Shown: one piece after another, positions 47,601-59,300 of the stretch | Layout: the number at the start of each line of letters is the position of its first letter | Position numbering within the stretch: the first letter of the stretch is position 1 | Assembly: GCA_965178125.1 (NCBI GenBank) | Contig: OZ237758.1 | Location: 124,001-188,000, forward strand | Length of the DNA: 64,000 nt | Direction: 5' to 3' | Source of the DNA: Bilabrum cf. latius | Taxonomy: Eukaryota | Made by a program: the position numbers and the translations under genes | Notes under the pieces: generated by a model | What the model saw: the letters and a program-made list of their open reading frames with translations, nothing else | Databases searched by the model: none | Told to the model about the DNA's origin: nothing

Positions 47601-50600
47601 CCACGGCTACAAGGGGAGGGAAGTGGCGCTGCAGGCGAGGAGGGTCCGCGACGCCACCCGGATTCAGGCCTTTATTCGAGGGAACAAGCTTGCTCGGAGC
47701 TACCGACGACAGCGAGGGGCTGCTCTCCGGGTGCAGGGCTTCTGGAGGGTCGCTGCGGCCAAGGCCACGCTCAAGGCCCTGCGATAGGAAGCCCGCAATG
47801 CGGTGCAGGCGAAGCGGGAGAACGTGACTCTGCGGGCGCGGGTGAAGGAGCTGGAGGAGCTGCTGGAGCGGGCCGTGGCGCGTGCGAACGCCGCGGAAGA
47901 GCGGCTGCAGCAGGGAGGCGGGGTCGAGGGGGCAAGCGGCAAGGGGTCTGGCTCGGGTGGCGCGGCTGCGGCTTCTTCGTCGGAGGTAAGTGATGCTGCT
48001 GCGACTCACGCCGCCAGTGACACGGCGGCCAAGAAAGGCGACCCCTAGACGAACCAGTCTGTCGACGGCGGAGATCAAGCAGTCCAGAATGACGGCAGCT
48101 CTAGCGACGCTGCACCTGCACCTGCACCTGCACCTGCACCTGCACCTGCACCAGCACCTGCACCTGCACCTGCACCTGCACCAGCACCTGCACCTGTTCA
48201 GCCGCCGCAGCTGCCCACGCCCGACCAGGCCGATGGTGCCAGTGCCGCAGCCCCTGCATCATCAGCATCTTCAGCGTCAGCATCATCGGACCAAGGCAAG
48301 CCCAGGTCTGCAGGCCCGGCCCGGCCATCGTGGCCCGCCCCCCCGCAGCCCGCTGCCTCCTCGCGGCAGACCCCTTCGGCCTCCCAGGCCCAGGCGGAGC
48401 TCTCGCAGGCGGCCATCGAGGTGCTGCAAAAGCGAGTTGCAAACTTGCAGGCGGTTGCAACCAGCGTGAGGAAGGACTCGGAGAAAAAAATCGCCCGGCT
48501 GGAGTCGGAGTGTTTCCGGCTGCGACAGGCCCAGTCGCAGGGCCAGACTTTGCAGATGCAGCTAGAGCGGAGCACGGCCAGCCTCAAGAGAAAGCTGGAA
48601 GCTGCCAACGCGCGCGTGCAGGGACTCGAGCAGCAGCAGGGAGCAAATGCCGGGGGATCCATCGCGACGCCAAGAGGCCCAGGCAGGGCGCGGGGCCTCA
48701 GCGTGGCGAGCGGGCGGTCCTCCGGGGGCAGGTCCGGTCAGGGTCAGGGTCAGGGGCAGGGGCGGGGCTCGAGCGTGTCATCGTCGGCATCGCGATCGAG
48801 GCGGCCGTCGAGACAAGGTGCAGCGAACGGTGGTGCAGCAGCGGCGCTTCCCGCGGGATCCACAGCCACAGCCACGATCATGGAGCAGACACCGGTGCGT
48901 CCACCGAAGCGAGCGCAAGCACCGGAAGCAGTCGTCCTGCCTGCCGCAACCGCCGCCCCATCGGCCGCACCTGTGTCCCCTGCCCGGCCTGTACACCGCA
49001 AACGAGACTCAGGCGCCGGACCGTCTTTCGCATCGCAAGACATCAATTTCTCTGACGACGAAGATGACGAGGACGACTAGGACGAGGATGAAGAGGACAG
49101 CCTCGGTGGGGACGCACCCGTGGGTCCGCTCAGCGAAGCAGACATCCCCAGCACGCCTCCCTCCAGCCAGCAGGGAAGACACACCCAGCAGAGGATGATT
49201 CCAAACCTGCCATCGCCTGCCATGCAGAAAGCTCCCCCGCACATAGCGAGACGGGCTGCAGCCGCCACCGCCGGCAACAGGCAGCCAGCTCCCGCCAGGG
49301 TGCAGCAATAGCAGCAGAAGCCGCAAGGTGGAGGAGGAATCCTTGGGACCGTTGCATCATGGTTTGCTGCACCAGCGCAGGTGCCCCAGCCCAAGCCAGC
49401 ACCGGTCACCGCTGCTCACCTCGCCCCAGGTGCCGGTGCCCCGGACGGCCCCGTGGGCGGCGGCGTGATGGTCTCGCCGTCGAACACGCAGGTGCCGCAG
49501 GAGGTGCGTCGGGCGGCCGCGATGGCCCGCCGCATCATGGAGGAGGCCCAGAGGGAACAAGCCAAGGAGGAGGCGGAGCGCAGGCGGCGCATGGAGCACG
49601 AGCGCATCGCGAGGGAGAAGAGGGCGAGGGCCATGGAGGCGGCGAGGGCGAGGGCGGTGGCGGGAGGCAGGCGGGCCTCCCACGCGGTGGGGGGCAAGGG
49701 AGTCATCGTGAAGATCCCGAGGGACAGGGCTGCTAGTGGGGTGAGGTCCAGGACCGGGTCTGCCCAGAGCAGTGGCGTGGTGGCGGCGGCGGCCGCAGAC
49801 TAGGACATCGACATGCGGCAGCAGGCGGCGCCCCAAACACCCCCAGCAGGGTCTGGGCCGAGTTCCAGGGCACAGGCATAGGCGGATATTTCATCGCCCG
49901 AGGGCGTGACCACGATCCTGCAGACGCTGGAGCGTCGTGTGCAGAAGCACAAGGACGCAGTAGAGGAGGTCAAGGAGGAGCTGGGAGCTGCCATCCGCAC
50001 GCGGGACGCCATCATGCAGAGGCTCAATGAGGCCCAGGAGCACAACATGCGGCTTGATACGGCTGCGCGAGACATCGCCCGAGAGAGAGACGCCGCGCAG
50101 TAGGCCGCCAAGGAGGCATTCAAGGAGACACAAGGCCTCAGGTAGCAGGTGCGCGTGCTGGCAGGGGCGGAGCAGAGGTATCAGACCCTGCAAAAAGAGA
50201 CGCAGCAGACATCCAGGATGCGGATGGCGCTGGCAACTCGGCTGGACCGCAAGCAGAGGCAGCTGGCCGAGGCTTCCAGGCAGGTGCAGGGGCTAGCGAA
50301 GGAGAGAGCAGCGCTCGTGCAGCTGCTGCAGAGGGGGATTCAGGCAATGGAGGCGGGTGGGGATGGTAAAGGTGAGGATAAGGGTAAGAAAGAGCTAGCC
50401 AGCTGGCGTGAGGAAGTGGCGGTGTTGGCTGATCGATTGGCCGTCCATGATGGGGACGGTAGTGTTGACGGTGGGGCGCCTGCTGGGCTGCTGATGCGGT
50501 TTGATTCCGAGGCGACCGAGAGGGCTGCTCCCGAAGAGAGTGGCTAGGATGAAGAGGATGAGGAGGGTCAGGAGAGCGGAAGTGGCGATGAAGATGGAAA

Positions 50601-50931
50601 CAAAGAGCGCGGCAACATAGATGGCAAGAGTCCACTGGCAGGGGATCATGGCGAAGAGGCAGGCAGTGGCAGTGGGCGGGAGGAGTCGCCGACCGCTGCA
50701 GGCAGAGACGGGGTGGCGGTACCCGTGGACGAGGGCAATGCCAGTGGGGATGATGACAGTCTGCTGGACCAGCTGCCTAGCCCGTCGGACGTGGAGGCAG
50801 GCACAGCGAGCAGGGCGGGGCAAGCCGCGGCTGCAGATGCCTCTGGGGAAGACGTTGGCGCCACATACGACCTCAGCCAGGAATAGGCCCAGTCCCGGGC
50901 GCCTGCCAGGCCGTCCTCACCCGAGGGCTGA
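44620..50931 (+). CDS. Myosin heavy chain (motor, IQ motifs, coiled-coil/low-complexity tail), about 2103 aa, 13 in-frame TAG
   Basis: DDLVQL*HLHEP, IYTYVGAILISMNPF, GESGAGKT, LEAFGNAKT..NENSSRFGKF, LDIFGFE, FEQLCINFTNE, PHYVRCLKPN, GKTKVFF and IQ repeats. All pieces are in frame 1, TGA at 50929. Confidence 0.95.
48109..48195 (+). repeat. (GCACCT)n coding microsatellite, poly-(AP) linker in the myosin tail
   Basis: Directly visible. Confidence 0.9.
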
Positions 50932-51177
50932 GTTCTGCTCGTCTCTCCCTATCCCCGGGATATGAGCCTGGTCTGGCGCACCAGCGGACGCAGGCAGATG
51001 TTTGGATTAGGAATTGAATTGCCGAAAGAGTTTATTTGGATGCAGAGGTGAAAGGTCAGTACATGAAAAATAATCTCGCCGTCGCGATTCCGGGTCCATC
51101 AGCACAAGACAGGGCAGCTCTGCACTCGTTTCTTTGCAATGCATGCCAGGATGCGTGATCCTGCCTTCCAAATCGCA

Positions 51178-54100
51178 TCATTTGAGATGCCTCGCTGCCC
51201 TCGGCTGCACCCCGCCGCCATAGGCCAGTGACGCGGCCATCACTGCGTCCCAGCGCCAGGCCCCTGCAGAGTCAGGCCGGCTGAAGGAGCGAGCCAGCTG
51301 GAGCACTTGCTCCTCGGCATAGGCGCAGCCAGTCCTGCGCGTAGGCGGATCGGCCCCTACTCCCTCCCCCCCATCGTCCCCTGGCGCCCCAGCAAGCGCA
51401 GCCTGCACGCAGGCCCACGCAAGGGAGGCACCGTACACTGACACCTGCTCTCGATCGCCCCCTCTACCAGGTGCATCGCGCTGCAGCACCGCCGGCAAGG
51501 CCATCGCGCTCTCCATGATGAGCCTGGGGGAGGCCCTGCCCCCGAGGAGGCTCCTCTCCTTTGCCCTGTCCCGAGGGGTGAAGCACGCCAGCATGCGCTG
51601 CCAGATGGACAGGTCCTCCACAGGGCGCGGGGGTGCGGGTGCGAGGGCTCCCGTGACGTCCTGGGGCAGGTGCAAGCCCTCTCGAAAGGCACCCAGGGTC
51701 AGGGGCTTGTTCCCTGGATCGGGTTGCGCGCGAGCCCACCAAGCGACAGAGGGGATGCACAGCCGGGCGCTGGCAGTCGCTGCTGCCCACCGCAGCCCGG
51801 GTTCAATCCCGAGGAAGCCCACCCCCAGTGCACCGGCAGTGCCCACCAGCGGCTCATGCCACTGGTCAGGGGCCTCCGGGGCGACATGATCCCCGCCGCT
51901 GGCACCCCCACCGGACCCAGTAGGCAGCGCGTGAAGCCATCTCAGGTCGGGCTCGGGAGGTTGCGGGGCCGCGGGAATGCCCCCCTTGGCAGGCCCTGGG
52001 GTACCTGCAGCCGATGGAGAGGAAGAGATCCCGTCTGCTCCCGACTTGACAGCATCAGTCGATGCACCGCCGCGGCTTGGCGGGCTTTCCAGCCCTCCAG
52101 CCATGGGCACGTGGGGGCGTCGGGGCAGCTTGGAGGAGGCTTTCCCCGTGATCCCGTCTGGTGTGACGAGTGCGGCCTGGAGCCACGCGGCCCTCCCAAT
52201 GCCCGGCCCGCGCCCCATCTGCCACTCGCCCGTGCAGCGGACCCCGTCCTCCATCGTGTCCGTGGCGCCCTCCTTCGGGCCGATGCCCGCGCCCCGCGCC
52301 GCGTCCGACAGGGCGCCAAGCTCGGGAGCCACCAGCACTGTCTGCCAGCCGAGCCAGCGGGCAGGCAGCACCACATCCAGAGAAAACGCATCGCCGACGT
52401 ACCAGACGCAGGGACTGGGTCCGGCTCTGCAATTCGAGTCATGGTGGGGGGATGCACCAGCCGCTCCGCCTGCAGGGGTAGCAGCCGCTGCCTTGGGCTC
52501 CGAGTGACTCCCGCTGCTCGTAGACTCCTTTCCACCGCCCTACTGGACTGGTGCAGGGGCCCAGGCCTGCAGGGTAGCCATCAGTGCGGCCCTGCTGCCC
52601 CCCGTGTACACCCGGCCCGCGGACAGGTCCGCCGCGAGCCCAGCCGCACCCCCCTCCCCGCTGCTCTCAAGGGGGCCCTCCTTGCCCCCTCCAGCCCTCC
52701 ACCCAGGCTGCAGCCGGATCCTCGACTTGAATGCCTCGTGTCTCCCCGCCGGAGCCCGCAGCAGAGAGAGGTCTTCCTCCTCGAGCGGGGCTGCACTATT
52801 GCGTGATGAACTGCCTGCCAGCCCACCCACCGGAGGAGCTCCGTTCTCGGCGCCTCGCTCCAGCGCACTACCGTGCGATGCATCCTCTCCGCCGAGCCCA
52901 AGCCCCAAACCAGCGACGGTACCGCTGGTGCTAGACTTGAGCCGGCCCGCGGCAGTGTCTATGCTCTCGGCCGGCCGGTCGCCCAGCGCATCGGCGGCCC
53001 CTCCGTTGTGCGCCGAGGGCCGCCTCACCGCGGCAGAGAGCGCCCGGGCCACGCGCGCGCTGCGGCGAGCGGCAGTCGCAGTCGCTCTCCTCCTGATCCT
53101 CCTCCGGCCCGCCCCCATGAGCCCCGGTTTGTCCGCCCCGCACACGACGAGGTCGAACAGCTCCCACCACCGGGGGTCCCCCAGAGCCTGGGACAGCAGC
53201 GGGTCCACGTGCTCCCAGGAAGCGGCGGACACGAGGAACAGACGGGGAAACCTGCGCGACTCGCTGGGCTCTCCGGCCCCATCCTTTCGGTCGCTGCTGC
53301 TTCCTCCGCTCGCCCCGGCATATAAGCCCGAAGATCCCGCCGGCCTCAGCCTCCTCAGCCAAGCGCCCACCTCGGGGGTCCTCACCACGGAGGCCCCTGC
53401 CTTGCTCCGGAGTGCCACCAGCCCGTCCCTCGAGGCCTTAGAGTAAGCATGCCGCACCGACCGCACGGCAAAGTCCACCGCCAGCACGTAGGAGGGCAGC
53501 CCAGAGCTGGGCTCTCGGCCCCCAAGCACGCCCCGCCACAGCTCCTGCAGCCTAGTCCCCGCCGCCTGCGAGACCTCGTCGCACCGCGCCACCAACAGAG
53601 CAACCAGCGGCGCGGCCACCGCCTCGAGCAGCGTGGTCAGCACCATGAACCGACGCATGGTGCCCCTGGCCGCAGTGGCCTCCCGGGCCATCTCCTCGGC
53701 GGCAACAGGGGACCTCAGTGCAGCGCGCCGGTCTGCAGGAGCCTCCCCGTCAAATCGGTCCCCCGAGCCATCCATCGGCCCGCCGGCGCTCGGGACGCCC
53801 CCGAGGTGAAGGAGGGCCCAGTGGGCGAACCTGGCCCGCGCATCATCCGTGGGACTAGCGCCGGGCAGACGAGAAGCGCCCCCCTATCTCGCGGCGGTGG
53901 TGGTGGTGTCCATCGACGCCACGGCAGTGGCGCGCCTCACTCGGTCCCTTCTGGACGCGCGGCTCGCACCCGGCACTGCGACCTCCTCCTCCACGTCCAC
54001 GGGCCCGGGTCCGTACAGCGAGTCCAGGCCCTGTGTCCCCAATCGCCGCCAACCATGCCAGCCCGCCTGCACGCTGCCGTCCGCCCGCAGCTGAAGGATG

Positions 54101-56136
54101 CATCCCAGCCGGAAGTCCAGCACCAGCCCCGCCCTGCAGAGCTGGCTCCCAAAGTGCCTGGACCCCGTGCCGAGCAGCAGGCCCAGCCGACGGGGGTCCA
54201 GCGCGTGGGAGGTGCCGTCACCGGGCACAGGTGCACCGCCTGGGACGGAGACCGGCTGTGTAGACGCCGCTGCTGCTGCAACCGTTGGTGCCCGAGGCGC
54301 GGACTTCGAGTCGGCCAACGACACGGATACATCGCTGCTTGCCGCCACCCCGCTCTTGCATGGTGCGACGCTAGGTGCGGCAGCAGCAGCAGCAGCGGGC
54401 AGTTGGCTGGTTGTCCATCCCCGAAATGTGGGCAGCTTGCTCCACGACTCGTCTCCCAGCAGCACGTGCAGCCGAGGCGACACTGGTGGCACCTTCCCCT
54501 CCCTAATGCCCCTGCACGCCGCCTGGAACATGCGCAGGGGCATGCCGGGAGTGCTGAATCGGATCAACGTGTGGTCGGCGTCGAACCCGATCCAGTCAGG
54601 GGGGCTCCCGGCCGCGCTGCCTCCCCCTCTACCCGTGGCGGGGCCACCGAGCCGCAGCGCGTCGTCTGCTCCGCCGTCCCGGAGCAGCGGGGGAACCAAA
54701 TACGGTTCCGAATGATGGGCCGGCCGCATCGATGTGACCGCCGCAGCACTGCTCTCGGCGCTTGCATCGCCCATGCCTCCGGTCCCTGCCCCCGGAAAGC
54801 CCACGGCATCTACCCTTGAGGCAGGGGAAGGGACATGTGCCCGCAGACTAGACACCGCCCGCACCCTCCGCCACGCCTCCGACTTGGCCAGCGCGGGGCC
54901 TAGCCGCCGGCGCTCCCCTGGCAGGTGCATGGCGAAGAGAGCCACGTGCCCGTCAGCCACCCTCCGGGCCACCGCCGCGCCACTATCCCTCGGGTCAGCC
55001 GCTTGCCCTGGCCCTGGCTCTGACCCTGGCTTTGTTCCCTCTGCTCCCAGTGCGCGCCGGAGTGCGCCGGCTACGCCATCGCCCCCGTGCTCCGGACCTG
55101 GCTCTGCCACCTGCAGCTCGCCCGCCGCTTTGTCCAGGAGGGCCTGCGCCGCCACCGAGAGAGCGGTGCCTCCCCTGGCCAGCACGTCCTCCCACAGTGC
55201 CGCAATGCAGTGCATCGGCAGGCCAAGGGACAGCCCTAGAGTGCCCACCAGTGGGACGGCGATCGCGTCTGCCGGTCCCATGCCCATCCTGGCCAGCTCT
55301 GTGCAAGCGGCGGGCGAGCTGAGGAGCAGCCTGTCCCCGATGGCCATGGACAGGGACATCGCCCCCTCTTGGCTCCACGGGAGTAGCAGGGCGGCGACGG
55401 GGGAGCCGGGGGGCGCTCTCGTGTCTGGGGGAGCGGGGAATGAGGCCCCGCGACTAGATCGGGACCCTTTCGAAGGAGGAGAAGAGGAGGAAGCAGCAGG
55501 CGAAGAAGGGCTGGAAGAGGACGACGGTCTCCATTCCTGCACCGCACCTTCGCCGCTCCCGCTCGTGGTACCTGCCTTGCGCGAATGTTCGCCCGCCCAC
55601 AGCCAGGGGCCATCCTACCAGCCAGCAGATCTAACCCAGAGCGCACACATATGCTGTGCGGTCTCTTGCACAGAAAGCCCCATCGCGAGCGAGATGGCGC
55701 ACGCGAAAGGTAGCCACGATGCAGCATGAACGTCGCATCTTGGCAAAACTTGCAGCAGTACCGTTACACAGGCTCGCACCGCCACTTCAAACCCATGGGG
55801 TCCGATTGGAGACTCGCAATCGATTGCATCGCTAGCTGCAGCGCCGCCTGCAATTATAGCCAGGCATTGCGACGCAGGCGGCAGTTTCCAACCTGATTCG
55901 GCTACCCCAATCGTCGCAAGTTTAGCTGCAAGCGATACATGGGATTCTAGAGGGTCTCCACCAGCAGTAGTGGACACATCACCGGAGATTTTCTTAGCAG
56001 TCATGTCACGGAATAACTCTTCTCCAAGTATGCCCAAGAATCGTTCCGTGTCTCGCTTGTGCCGCGGAAGCGCATCGATCCCGAAAGCTCTCCAGCGTCT
56101 GCAGTAGTCGCTACGAAGTGAACTAGATGATGACAT
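51178..56136 (-). CDS. Fusion of a TBC/Rab-GAP-like N-terminal region and a HAD 5'-nucleotidase (NT5DC/cN-II-like) domain, about 1652 aa; TAG at 55615, 53884, 52540
   Basis: Nucleotidase motifs in order: WIGFDADHTL, RAGLVLDFRLGCIL...WHG, LFLVS...WWELFDLVVCGADKP, VYTGGS, YVGDAFSLD...GWQTVLVAPEL. TBC-like LPMHCIAALWEDVLARGGTALSVAAQALL. One frame, ends TGA. Confidence 0.72.
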
Positions 56137-56314
56137 GATATCACGCAGATTGCATTCCAGAAGGTGATATTCTGTGCATCACGGGGCCCAATGGGTGTTT
56201 CTTGAGCCAAGTATTGCAGTGCGATGCATCTTGCATACTAAACCACACGCAACAATTCATTGCGTACCGTTTGTTGGATCTGCAGTTTCACCTAATTTCA
56301 GGTAGGGCTGAGTA

Positions 56315-59300
56315 ATGAAGCCGTCCAGTAGCTTTCCATAGCGTGTAGCATAGTAGGTTGCAGCCAAATATGTAAGTATATCGCCTTCATCGCCATGCAC
56401 TTGCCTCTGTGGCAGTTTGTCTTGAGACTTCGAGCATGGCAGCCATATTCCCTGCCTTCTCCTGGTAAATTTGCAGGGAGGGACAAAAAAATTGCGAAGC
56501 CGGCGTAAAACACCATCATCGTCTGGTTCAGTGCGGTCCGGCAATGTAGAAGCAGATTTTGATCGAGATGAAGGCTTCGTCCAAGGTTCATCGCGTTCAA
56601 GCCCTGCTAGAAGCCCAGCCACGGCGCTTACGGCTCAGAAGACAAGCTTGCAACAGAAAAAGTCTAGAAAGCCGCTTCAGGCTATCTTGATTCCTAGTGC
56701 CGAAGGTGCAGACGGAACAGCATCGTCCACGCCGACAGATCGAACTCCAGCCGCTTCTACGCCATCCATAGGCGCAGACAAGGCCAAGAGAAAGGCCCCG
56801 CGATCTGTCCTTAAACCTCAAGGAGAAGTAACTCAACGAAGCAAAGGCAGTCGCGTGAGTTTTGATCTGGAAGACGGGACATCTCCCCAGCCTGCCGGGA
56901 GTTCAGCCGGCTCAGAAACGGCTACGCCGGCCGGCAGCACCGTGTCTGAGACCCCTAGCGAAGCTGTAGCCGAAGAGACAGCAACCAAGGATGGTCATGG
57001 TGCTTGCACGAGGAGCTCTGCGCACAGCACCCCTCAGTTGACTCGGCCTCGGCAGCTCTCAGCAGGCGCCAATCAGCCCGAGGAAGAGGATCAGGGCCAG
57101 GACCAGGACAAGACCGAGGAAGAGTACCAGGACCAGACCCAGGACAGGTACAGCACACCACCCCAGCAGCAGCATGCCCCTGGGGAGGTAGCCGCCCCTC
57201 GCTCCACGGCCAAGACGCCGAGGACTCCCGGGGGGGGAGTCACGCCCCGCACCTCGTTTGCTAGAGCGTTTGGGGCCGGTGCAAAGGGGAAGGGGATGGT
57301 TGGTAGCAGCGGCAGAGCAGTTGCTTCTTCCTCGCCGTCCTAGGCGGAGGCGACTCCCGCCAGTGGGATGGACAAGAGCAGATCAGGCCCCGTGCTGTCG
57401 GTGCCCACCCCCATGACCTCTGCCAGGAGCCAGGGGAGCGCGCCCGCCCCCACCATTGACCTGCTGCAGCGACTCAAGAGGGAGGCGAGGCATGCGGCGG
57501 ATCGGGCAGGGACAGAGGGCGACGAGGACGATGGGCATTTTGACGTGCATAGCGTGGTTCGGGATGTGTCTGCTCGATGGAGCGAGTGCGTCGGTGTTGC
57601 AGAGAGGCTGGTGGAGGCCGTGCAAATGCGATCCTCTGAGATGCAGGCAGCCGAGATGGAAAGGGCCGAGGCGGCCGAGGGCGAGGCTGAGGAGACGCGA
57701 AGGGAGCTTGAGGTGGCGCTGTAGGAGAGGGAGCAGGCGGTGCAGGAGAAGGAAGAGACCGAGCAGGAGAGGGAGGAAGCGCTTAAGGCGGTAGAGCAGG
57801 CCACCCGGTCCATGGAGTAGGCCGAGGAAGAGAAGCAGCAGGCGCTGCAGGCCCAGAAGGCCGCCGAGGACGAAAAGCAGCAGGCGCTGCAGGCCCAGAA
57901 GGCCGCCGAGGACGAAAAGCAGCAGGCGCTGCAGGCCCAGAAGGCCGCCGAGGACGAAAAGCAGCAGGCGCTGCAGGCCCAGAAGGCCGCCGAGGAAGAG
58001 AAGCAGCAGGCGCTGCAGGCCCAGGAGGCCGCCGAGGAAGAGAAGCAGCAGGCGCTGCAGGCCCAGGAGGCCGCCATCGCCAAGGCCCAGAAGGAGGCCC
58101 TTGAGGCAGGAGGGGCAGACGCAGCCGCCCTGCACCAGGCAGAGGCCAGGGCCATGGGGCTGCAGGCAGAGCTGGAGGCCATGCGCGCGAGCGAGGCAAA
58201 GGCGCAGGAGGAGCTGGCAACGGCCGAGTCCGCGGCGGGGTGCGCCATGGAGGACCGGGAGCGCCTCGATGCCCTGGTGCGGGAGCTGCAGGAGCAGCTG
58301 GCGGGCGAGGCCGCCGCCCGCAAGGAGGCCGAGGCGGAGACCGAGTCCACCAAGGCAGCCCTCCTGCGGACCGAGAGCAGGGTGCAGGACTCGGAGCAGG
58401 AGCAGAGCGAGCTGCAGGAGCAGCTGGAGGCCATGCGGGCGCGGCACGCCGAGATGGACAAGGAGCTGGACCAGCTGAGGGAGAAGGAGAGCGATTCCTC
58501 GAGGAAGATTGCGGCTGCCCTGGACGAGGTCGGGGAGGCCCAGGGGCAGCACCGCGAGAGGCTAGAGGCGCTGGAGGAGACGCTCAAGGGTGCGCGGGAG
58601 GAGTACTCCAGGGAACAAGAGATGCACTCCAAGACAATCCGTAGGCTGGAAGAGGCCAAGGCAGTGCTGTCCGCGGCCCGCAACGACGCAGAGCAGTCGA
58701 GGAGGCAGCTTGACGAGGCCGAGAGCAGGGCCTCGCTGGTGGGAGAGGAGAGTGAGGAGCTGAAGCAGGCCGTGGCCAGGCTAGAGCACGAGGCCAAGGC
58801 GGCCAAGGAGGCGGCAAGGGAGGCTGGTGTGATATCGGCGCGGGTCAAGGAGCAAGCCGAGCAGTCCAAGCTGGAGGCCTCCGAGGCGCAGGCTGCGGCA
58901 GAAGAATCCAGTAAGGAGGCCCGAATGCTCCGGGAGCAGCTCGATGAGGCCAAGGAACAGCTGCAGCAGCAAGAGTAGGAGCAGCAGGAGCAGGGCAATC
59001 TGAAAGAAGATGTGGTTCCCAAAGAGCAACACGACGCAACGATCGGCGAGCTAGAGGGCGAGCTGAGCGACTGCCGCGCGCAGCTCGAGACCAAGTCCAA
59101 GGAGGCACAGGAGCTATCCGCCCAGCTGGAGGCGTCCAGAGAGGAGGTTCATAGCCTTCAGATGGAGGTGTCTGGAGCCAAGCACAGCTGCATGCAGGCC
59201 GAGTGTGAGGCGCGCGATGCAAAGGAGGGCGCCAGCGGGCTGCAGGCCAGGATCAAGGACCTTGAAGCATCGGCGGGAGCAGCAGGATAGGAAGGGACGA

